From: Gammaproteobacteria bacterium | GTDB taxonomy: Bacteria > Pseudomonadota > Gammaproteobacteria > DSM-16500 | Direction: 5' to 3' | Assembly (NCBI GenBank): GCA_027459575.1 | Contig: DAIDIB010000001.1 | Coordinates: 4,016 to 68,015 of the forward strand | Length of the DNA stretch: 64,000 nt | Shown here: positions 1-7,372 of the stretch, in pieces | Layout of the letters: the number at the start of each line of letters is the position of its first letter | Numbering within the stretch: the first letter of the stretch is position 1 | Notes under the pieces: model-generated | The model's database searches: none | What the model was told of the DNA's origin: nothing | What the model saw: only the letters and a program-made list of their open reading frames with translations | Made by a program: the position numbers and the translations under genes

Positions 1-240
1 TTTTTCGCCATAACTCACAGGACATACGTCCGAGCCGCCTTGAAAAACAAAGCCATCCATTTGTGCGAGTAGGTTTTTCATTTCCTTGGGCGGCAATAGA
101 GGGATTAATACCGGAATGACATTCTCTTGATATAAATAATTCGCCATATCATTAACGACAAAACATAAATTCTTTGGCGCGAAAAATTTTCGCTCTGCGT
201 CGGGGTATAATAGACCCGCTGTAATGCCTAACTTCATCAT
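1..240 (-). CDS. Gamma-glutamyl-gamma-aminobutyrate hydrolase / peptidase C26 family glutamine amidotransferase, 5' part (runs off the window)
   Basis: Manual translation from ATG at 240: MMKLGITAGLLYPDAERKFFAPKNL...IPVLIP...QMDGFVFQGGSDVCPVSYGEK; DG-x4-GG-x-DV-x-P-xx-YG is the PuuD/C26 signature; follows the glutamine synthetase-like gene in the same orientation. Confidence 0.8.
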   Translation of the reverse strand, partial: MMKLGITAGLLYPDAERKFFAPKNLCFVVNDMANYLYQENVIPVLIPLLPPKEMKNLLAQMDGFVFQGGSDVCPVSYGEK

Positions 241-241
241 T

Positions 242-1369
242 TTAGTATAATGCCTCTTTGAATAATTGTTTAAAATCGTTTTCTGTGACAGTCACTTCGT
301 TGCATTGATGGCAGCCGTCTTCATGCGCCAATTTGGCAAGTCTGTCGATGTCTGCTTCCGAGATGCCTAGACTACTTAAATTGGTCGGCAGTCCAATAGA
401 CTGTGTTAATTCACGCGTGTAAATCGCCAAGGGCTTGTTGATGCCGATGTGTTTTTCAATTCGGCGAATTTTTTGCGCCACGCTTTTTTCATTGAAATTT
501 AATCCCGCGGGCATCATCAGCGCGTTCGCTAACCCGTGATGCAAGTCTTTATGTGTGGAGAGAGCATGCGCCATGGAGTGAATTAAGCCCAGCCCTTTTT
601 GAAATGCTACCGCGCCCATGAGCGCCGCGGCCATCATGTTGGCGCGTGCTTCGGGTGTGGGTTTATTCACTGCGGTGTGCAGCGACTCATGAATCAGGCG
701 TATGCCTTCCAGTGCGATGCCATCGCTGAGTGGATGGAAGCCTTTTGCTAAATAAGCTTCGATGTTGTGGGTGAGTGCATCCATGCCCGTTGCGGCGGTG
801 ACATGCGGTGGTAATTCCATGGTTAATTCCGGATCAGCAAAAACCGCCTTGGCTAACAGAGTGGGGTGGAACAGTATTTTTTTTTGATGTGTGTCATCGT
901 CAGAAATGACTGTGCTCCTGCCGACTTCACTGCCTGTGCCGCTGGTGGTGGGGACGGTGACAAAATAGGGGATAGCTTCAGTTATAAATTTATCGCCGCC
1001 GGTTAGTTCAACGTAGTCAAACAAATCGCGTGGATGATTGATTTTAAGTGCGATAGCGCGCGCCACATCCATGGAGGCGCCGCCGCCAAGACCGATAATG
1101 CAGTCACAACTATATTTTTTGTACGCGGCCTCACCTATGATAACATCGCTTTTGACGGGATTTTTGTGTATGTCATGAAAAATATGCGCGTTAATATTTA
1201 ATATTTTTAAGTCGTCGTAAATTTTATTTAAAAAATCCTGTTTTGCCAGAGCTGGATCGGTAACGAGTAATGGTTTGGCGTATCCACGTTCTTTTAAGTG
1301 AGGGCCCAGCTCTTGAATTACTCCATTGCCAAAACGTACCATGGTTGGGTAAGAGAAAGTCGTATTCAT
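242..1369 (-). CDS. Iron-containing alcohol dehydrogenase
   Basis: GLGGGASMD, PTTSGTGSE, GMDALTHNIEAY, GLIHSMAH and HHG metal-binding motifs. Confidence 0.9.
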   Translation of the reverse strand: MNTTFSYPTMVRFGNGVIQELGPHLKERGYAKPLLVTDPALAKQDFLNKIYDDLKILNINAHIFHDIHKNPVKSDVIIGEAAYKKYSCDCIIGLGGGASMDVARAIALKINHPRDLFDYVELTGGDKFITEAIPYFVTVPTTSGTGSEVGRSTVISDDDTHQKKILFHPTLLAKAVFADPELTMELPPHVTAATGMDALTHNIEAYLAKGFHPLSDGIALEGIRLIHESLHTAVNKPTPEARANMMAAALMGAVAFQKGLGLIHSMAHALSTHKDLHHGLANALMMPAGLNFNEKSVAQKIRRIEKHIGINKPLAIYTRELTQSIGLPTNLSSLGISEADIDRLAKLAHEDGCHQCNEVTVTENDFKQLFKEALY

Positions 1370-1379
1370 TTTTTATCCA

Positions 1380-2723
1380 TTAAATAATTTCAAAATATCG
1401 TTTAATTTCCCAGTCAGTCACGGGCTTCAAAGATTGTCGCCATTCCCATTCCCTGGTCTGGGTAAAATGACTTACAAAATATTTGCCAAATAAGGTTTCG
1501 GCGACTTCTGAAGACGCCATTATCTTCGTTGCTTCATGTAAGGTAGAAGGCAATACACCGTGATGCGTGTCACGATAACCATTACCAACTGTTCTCGGTT
1601 TATCGAGCGTCAATTTATTTTCGATGCCGTATAAACCGGAAGCCAAACACGCTGCCATTGCCAAATAAGGATTCACATCTGATCCCGCCACTCTAAATTC
1701 AACTCGCGTTGATTTTTTGCCACCTGGTATGGCTCTGATCGCCGTGGTGCGATTATCAATACCCCACGTAAGAGTGGTAGGTGCCCAGGCGCCTTCCACT
1801 AAGCGCTTGTAGCTGTTTATGTTGGGTGCGTACATGGGTAAGATATGTGGCAAGCAATAAAGTTGACCAGCGATATAGCTTTTCATGATATCACTCATCT
1901 TCTTGTCATCATTCGCATCGTAAAACAGGTTGTTTTGATCATGCCAGATACTCTGATGAATATGGCCACCACAGCCCGGCAGGTTTTCATTCCACTTCGC
2001 CATGAAGGAAGGAATGATGTTATGTCGCATCGCGATTTCTTTTACCGCTTGCTTAAATATGGCTGCTCTGTCTGCTGCCTCAATTATATCGGAATAAAGG
2101 ATTGCCGCTTCGTATACTCCGGGGCCAGTTTCGGTATGTAGCCCTTCAAGCGGGATAGAAAACTCATTAAGCAAATCAAATAAGTCATTGAAAAATTGGC
2201 TATTTCTGGATGCGCGTAACAAAGAGTAACCAAACATGCCTGGCGTTAATGGTTGCGGCGTCGTGTAGTTTTTTTCATGCAGATTATGCGGGGTTTCCTG
2301 AAAATTAAACCATTCAAATTCCTGCGCGAACAGGCATTGATAACCCAGTTTGTCGGCGCGCAGTTTAATGTGTTTTAACAGTGTTCTTGGACAGACGCCA
2401 TTGTCAAAATCGGCCAGAAAAAACGGAATTTTATCTTCCCAGGGAATTTCCCTGTACGTGCTTAAATCAATCTGCGCCACATCATCCGGAAAGCCAGTAT
2501 GCCAGCCAGTATGCTGCACGTTGTCGTAGCATAAATCGCTACTGTCCCAGCCAAAAATCACATTACAAAAACCCAAACCGCCATCCAGCGCCGATTCCAG
2601 CTTGTTTTTGTGAATAAACTTGCCGCGTAATACGCCATCCAGATCCGTCACCGCGATTTTAACTTTACCTTTGGGGTGGCTTGTGGCTTTCTTGACAATG
2701 TCTTCCATATGTATCTCTTGCAA
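1380..2723 (-). CDS. Glutamine synthetase family protein (gamma-glutamyl-amine ligase, PuuA-like)
   Basis: DLDGVLRGK, EFEWF, HTETGPGVYE, GCGGHIHQS, NSYKRL, WGIDNRT, RVEFR, NPYL motifs; start may be 2705. Confidence 0.85.
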   Translation of the reverse strand: MQEIHMEDIVKKATSHPKGKVKIAVTDLDGVLRGKFIHKNKLESALDGGLGFCNVIFGWDSSDLCYDNVQHTGWHTGFPDDVAQIDLSTYREIPWEDKIPFFLADFDNGVCPRTLLKHIKLRADKLGYQCLFAQEFEWFNFQETPHNLHEKNYTTPQPLTPGMFGYSLLRASRNSQFFNDLFDLLNEFSIPLEGLHTETGPGVYEAAILYSDIIEAADRAAIFKQAVKEIAMRHNIIPSFMAKWNENLPGCGGHIHQSIWHDQNNLFYDANDDKKMSDIMKSYIAGQLYCLPHILPMYAPNINSYKRLVEGAWAPTTLTWGIDNRTTAIRAIPGGKKSTRVEFRVAGSDVNPYLAMAACLASGLYGIENKLTLDKPRTVGNGYRDTHHGVLPSTLHEATKIMASSEVAETLFGKYFVSHFTQTREWEWRQSLKPVTDWEIKRYFEII

Positions 2724-2753
2724 TTTTAAATTGAAACTACTTTTGCATGTTAT

Positions 2754-3050
2754 TTATGGAATATCAAGGGCAGAATAAAATTCCTTTAGCAGTCGGGCTG
2801 CGCTTAAAGCGGTAATATGCTGATGATCTAATGCGGGTACAAACTCGGTGATATCCATGCCAATATAATTAAAGTGACCCCGCAATAATTGAACTAGCAA
2901 TATAGCTTGATCGATAGTGGGACCTCCTGGATAAGGGCTCTCAACCGCGGGTGCGCAACTGGGATGTAGACCGTCAAGGTCAATGGAAAAATATAAATAT
3001 TTTAAGCCACGAAATTTTTTTTGTATTTTTTGTAACTGTTCAGCGTTAAC
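2754..3050 (-). pseudogene. C-terminal fragment of an agmatinase/arginase-family ureohydrolase
   Basis: YFSIDLDGLHPSCAPAVESPYPGG and GMDITEFVP motifs; only ~100 codons, N-terminal two-thirds (GGDH, DAHxD) absent. Confidence 0.75.
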
Positions 3051-3188
3051 CGCTGAACAGTTACGAAAAAACTTACCTTCGCGTATCACTTATAAATGGG
3101 AACATGCCGGGGCCAATTGTGATGCCCATTATTGTCGTGCCGCATCAACCAGGGAAAACGGCGAGGTAAATGTCGCCGAGTATTATTC

Positions 3189-3587
3189 TTATTTTGCTGG
3201 GGATCGAATCGTGGAACCATTATGTGGCGACGATTCGATTTTCAGCATATCTTCAACGTTAATTATTTTGTTTCCATGCATTAGTATCATCATGGTAGGG
3301 TGTAATTTTTTTAGCGTGAAAAGAGCGGTAGCACCTATTTTATCGATTTTATTAAATTGCAGGTCAACAACAGTTAGCTCGGAAAGTGATCGAAATAAAT
3401 TACCCAAAATAATTGCGCCATCATCACTGATTAGATTATTAGATAAAATAATGGTTTGAACATGTGGTATTCTCTTTTTTATTTGAAGGGCAATTTCCTC
3501 AACTTCCGTGTCAAGAATATTCATTCCATCGAGATTTACTTGGCCATCTTTCGAATCTTTTATTTTTGTCTTAATATCATCGCGCAT
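3189..3587 (-). CDS. Small leucine-rich-repeat protein (RNase-inhibitor-like LRR), effector-like
   Basis: ILSNNLISDDGAIIL and DLQFNKIDKIGATAL repeats; AGGAG RBS upstream of ATG. Confidence 0.7.
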   Translation of the reverse strand: MRDDIKTKIKDSKDGQVNLDGMNILDTEVEEIALQIKKRIPHVQTIILSNNLISDDGAIILGNLFRSLSELTVVDLQFNKIDKIGATALFTLKKLHPTMMILMHGNKIINVEDMLKIESSPHNGSTIRSPAK

Positions 3588-3655
3588 AATATTTACTCCT
3601 GATTATTTATATAGATAACATCGTATCATTTTAACATGAAACGTTGACGAATGTA

Positions 3656-6301
3656 TTATTTCGGCTTTTGAATGATGTGTTCTGGCACCTCTTTCTGTTC
3701 TGCTTTAACAGCTTTTTCAATAGGTTTTTCAGCTATCGGTGATGCCTCTTTTAAATGTAACAATGTTTGGGATGCTTTATCTCTAAGAGCTGTTATTTCA
3801 ACGGATAATGAAGAAAATTGTTCGGCATATTGTTGTTTTTCTTCTGGTGTAAAGGCTTGCATTTTTACCATTACTTTGTCACAAGTTTCAATATACATCC
3901 GTAGCTGAACTTCATCTCCCTTAAATTGTTTGAAAGATGAAGCAAGACTTTGAATCCGTGAAGCCAGGTGATCCAGTACTTTATTCTTAACTGTCGGCAA
4001 CGCTATCTGAGGTTTTTTCGATGAAGTAGTCGATATTAGCTTTAGTTCTTTTATGGCAGTTTCAGCCTCACCCTTTAAGATATTTAATTTCTCCACTAAT
4101 GGAGCGATGCTATCAGCACGTTTTACTTTTTCATCTGAAGGATAAAGATCAATACTTTGAATACTTTTTTTACAAAACTTAATCAATGATTGTAGGGCTT
4201 CGATTCCATCTTTTTCCTTTTTTAGACTATCAACATCAACATACTTAATAGCATCTGATATTTTTTTAATAGACTTTAATGTGGCTTGCAACTCTTGCAA
4301 AGCAGATATTGCCTGGCTTTGAATTTCTCGAATGTGTAATAAAAGTAAAGAAACTTGTTTATTATAAATTTGTTCTTTTGCAGAAAATCGATTTTCAATT
4401 TGTTTTCTGGATTTCTTGCAAAACTTTACCAATTTTTCAAGTGCGATCTCATCCTTATCATCTTTAATCGCTGCAACATCTACTTTTTTAATCTTTCTAT
4501 TTATTATATTAATTTCCTGCCTTAATTGCAAGGATAATTCTGCTTTCCTGATAAGATCATCCGTATTTTTAGATAAATCTGCCAATGGCGGATTTTTTTG
4601 TTTCTCTTCAGTGGTAAACAAATCTAAACTTGTTTTAAGGTGTTTGCAGTATTGATGAATGGCTTTTATAGCATTTTTATCGCTAGTGGCAAAATCAAAG
4701 TTGGCATGAGTGTCTGCAATGTAACCGGATAAATTAGCTAAAGACTGAAGAAAAGCCGATTTTCTCAATGAAATAATTGCGGCTTCCGATTCATGTTGCA
4801 GGTGGTCAACTTTTTTAAGGAGACCATCAATTTTCTTAGTATTTCTTAGCTTTTCTTCAGGACTCAATTGGTCAATTTTGTCTTTTACAAATTTGCAAAA
4901 TGCAATGTTTCCTTCTAGTGTAGGCAGATAATATTTCATTCTCTCAAATGCTGCGTCATCAGCATCAACACGTTTCTCTAGCTTTTCAAGAAATAATTGA
5001 TTAAATTGTGTCACCAAATCGTCTTCCAATTTCTTTTGCTCTTCTTTTACTTTTTCCTCCAACTTCTGTTTATCTTCTTCTCTCATTTCCTTTGAACTAA
5101 GACGGATAAATAATTCTGATTTATTTTCTGCTTTGCGCATAGCCATTTGGAAACTGTCTTCTAACAACATGATATCGCCAAATAAATAGTATTGGCTTGC
5201 AAATCTCTCACGAGATTTTCTCCACAGATTCGTTAACAGGTCATATGCACTTGCAAAAGGATTAGGTGCAGTCTCTTTTGATAATACTGTCAACTGGGTT
5301 AACTCGGTTGGAGCTGTGACAATCGTACGAGCAGGTGTCCCAAAAATTTGTGGTTTTAGCATGTCTTGTTCAGACGATGTTTGTGACTGAATCTCCGCCA
5401 TTTTCTTGCAGTTAATATGTGAACGTACAGGATCGGCATGTGTAACTGAAGAACTTAAGCAATGTTCGCTGGTAAGCTCAGTATAATTAGAGACAACAAT
5501 ATGAGAGCATAACGTTCCAGCTGGATAAGGGGCAGCCATTTCTAATAGATTTTGTTTGGCAACACCCACTATGTGATCCAGACAAATATCAACACAAGAT
5601 AAATAGGGTATACCACCAGCTGTTTTGCACTCAAATACATTATTAAAAGAAAATGGACGAGACTCAGCATCAACGGTAACTGTTAGGTTGGATATTGTTG
5701 AAAATGCCTTACTAACATTGCGACGATATACAAATTGGCCTGGTTGAGTTTCTTCTCTGTATACTGGATCAATGCCAGAAGGGTTGTTTTTAACGATGAA
5801 ATTCAATTTAGGCGGTTGACCACATTCTACGTGAGCCGCCACATTCATCACTTCACCTTTTGGTGTAATCACAGCAAATGACGCTAGTATTAAATGCAAA
5901 TTTTCAGGTTGCTTTGCTGCTAAGTCAGCAATTTTTTGTTGTAACTGTTGAAACTCTTGAATACTTAGAGGCTTTTTAGTATAGAAGAAAAATTCATTTG
6001 TGATTAAACGTGTTATATTATTTTCCTTCCCTATTTCTATTGTATCACCGCCTCCACAATTGTCTTCTCTATGTGTTTTAGAAGCTGATAAAGTTAAGCC
6101 CTCAATCTGGGCATATAATCTTTTTATCACCGATTCCGTTTTCTCACCCTCTGGTGCGCGGTATCCACCAAGAAGAGATGAATCGCCAAACTCACCCGTG
6201 GGCGGAACACTTCTGTAGGCGGCTACCACTGGACTGTGAGCCGTAACAACAATGTCCCTTATCATTACCGGCGTTTGTGTGCCAGCTGATTGAGTTCGCA
6301 T
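3656..6301 (-). CDS. 881-aa protein: N-terminal nitrilase/CN-hydrolase-like domain plus helical repeat/coiled-coil region; effector-like
   Basis: NEFFFY, FIVKNNPS and DICLDH resemble the Glu-Lys-Cys triad contexts; K/E-rich C-terminal half; AT-rich DNA. Confidence 0.6.
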   Translation of the reverse strand: MRTQSAGTQTPVMIRDIVVTAHSPVVAAYRSVPPTGEFGDSSLLGGYRAPEGEKTESVIKRLYAQIEGLTLSASKTHREDNCGGGDTIEIGKENNITRLITNEFFFYTKKPLSIQEFQQLQQKIADLAAKQPENLHLILASFAVITPKGEVMNVAAHVECGQPPKLNFIVKNNPSGIDPVYREETQPGQFVYRRNVSKAFSTISNLTVTVDAESRPFSFNNVFECKTAGGIPYLSCVDICLDHIVGVAKQNLLEMAAPYPAGTLCSHIVVSNYTELTSEHCLSSSVTHADPVRSHINCKKMAEIQSQTSSEQDMLKPQIFGTPARTIVTAPTELTQLTVLSKETAPNPFASAYDLLTNLWRKSRERFASQYYLFGDIMLLEDSFQMAMRKAENKSELFIRLSSKEMREEDKQKLEEKVKEEQKKLEDDLVTQFNQLFLEKLEKRVDADDAAFERMKYYLPTLEGNIAFCKFVKDKIDQLSPEEKLRNTKKIDGLLKKVDHLQHESEAAIISLRKSAFLQSLANLSGYIADTHANFDFATSDKNAIKAIHQYCKHLKTSLDLFTTEEKQKNPPLADLSKNTDDLIRKAELSLQLRQEINIINRKIKKVDVAAIKDDKDEIALEKLVKFCKKSRKQIENRFSAKEQIYNKQVSLLLLHIREIQSQAISALQELQATLKSIKKISDAIKYVDVDSLKKEKDGIEALQSLIKFCKKSIQSIDLYPSDEKVKRADSIAPLVEKLNILKGEAETAIKELKLISTTSSKKPQIALPTVKNKVLDHLASRIQSLASSFKQFKGDEVQLRMYIETCDKVMVKMQAFTPEEKQQYAEQFSSLSVEITALRDKASQTLLHLKEASPIAEKPIEKAVKAEQKEVPEHIIQKPK

Positions 6302-6427
6302 AAACTAGACCACCGCAGCTATCCTGTTAATAGTGCATAGACTTTATTAAAGTATACTATAAAACTTCTTGCCCAGCAGGATATGAGAGGAAAGTCTAAT
6401 TAAAATAATGGGTTATAAGGTCATTAT

Positions 6428-6846
6428 GGCGTTGTTGCGCAAGTAGCTGATTTTATTCGAGCCCGTGCCAGCGCCCGTCTTTTTCTTGCTGACACGATTA
6501 AGTTTTTTCTTTAGCCATCTTAGTCAACATGGCAACAATGCGGATGAGCAGTTCTCTCCCTTTCGACTAACAAGATTCTGTAATAATGTTAAATGGAAAA
6601 AATCATCAGGCCATCATCGCCGTTCACTGGTTGAGACACACAAGTTTCGCCTAAAAACAATTTTATGCGGCAAGCTCTGCGGGTGGAGCTTCGCCAATCA
6701 GCAAACAGAGGCAAAAATAATGGCCAACATTCTTAATAAAATGACACATCTTGGTATGCCTAAATCAGAGAAGCATTATATTTAGCAAGAAAAAGATGGG
6801 CGCGGGCGCGGGCTCGAATAAAATCAGCTATTTGCGCAACAACGCC
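6428..6846. mobile_element. Degenerate IS5-family (IS903-group) remnant bounded by 63-bp inverted repeats
   Basis: 6428-6490 and 6784-6846 are inverted copies (4 mismatches) starting GGCGTTGTTGCGCAA; internal frame WKKSSGHHRRSLVET...LNKMTHLGMPKS matches the IS903-type transposase C-terminus. Confidence 0.8.
6590..6785 (+). pseudogene. IS5/IS903-group transposase, 3' fragment
   Basis: WKxxxGxHRRSLxET...Q..E......LNKMT.LGMP motif; no N-terminal part. Confidence 0.75.
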
Positions 6847-6912
6847 ACAAATAACACCTGCTTTTCTCTATGATATAATGTACTTATCAAAAGAAAAAAC
6901 AGGGAGTGTGTC

Positions 6913-7314
6913 ATGCTAACCAACGTATTAAGTATCAATCCCGACATCGTTTGTTTTATCATCCAAAAGGCAAAAGAATTTCAGGCTAAAGAGAGTGTTA
7001 CTTTTGGCGAAGATATAAATGATTCTGAATATGAATATGACTGGTCACAAATTCTGGCTGATCATCGTGATGATTTGACTTATGCGGAAGTTGAGAATGC
7101 CATTGAAGAGCTTGAGCCAGATCAGCAGGTTGATTTGCTGGCGTTGATGTACGTTGGCAGGGGTGATTTTGAAGGCAAGGAATGGAGCAGGGCGCATAAG
7201 GAAGCGAAAGAGAATTTGCAGTCTAATCTGGCGGCATATTTGTTGTCTAAACCGCAAATCGCGGATTATTTGAGAGATGGGTTAGAGTCGTTGGGATATG
7301 CGTGTGAGGAGTAA
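6913..7314 (+). CDS. DUF3775-like protein
   Basis: DLLALMYVGRGDF...W..A...A...YLL..P..ADYL..GL pattern; GGGAG RBS. Confidence 0.75.
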   Translation: MLTNVLSINPDIVCFIIQKAKEFQAKESVTFGEDINDSEYEYDWSQILADHRDDLTYAEVENAIEELEPDQQVDLLALMYVGRGDFEGKEWSRAHKEAKENLQSNLAAYLLSKPQIADYLRDGLESLGYACEE

Positions 7315-7319
7315 TTGGC

Positions 7320-7354
7320 GTAGCCCGGATGAGAAAAGCACTCATCCGGGCTAC
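7320..7354. repeat. GTAG-type REP-like palindrome between convergent genes
   Basis: GTAGCCCGGATGAG-aaaagca-CTCATCCGGGCTAC, perfect 14-bp stem. Confidence 0.9.
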
Positions 7355-7372
7355 ATCACTACATCTTTGATA

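Noticed and set aside
2983-3459. 158-aa plus-strand ORF
   Set aside because: Antisense shadow of the LRR gene and agmatinase fragment; no recognisable motif
6465-6590. N-terminal half of the 106-aa ORF as part of a real protein
   Set aside because: It reads through the inverted repeat and the antisense of another gene remnant; only the 3' half is transposase-like
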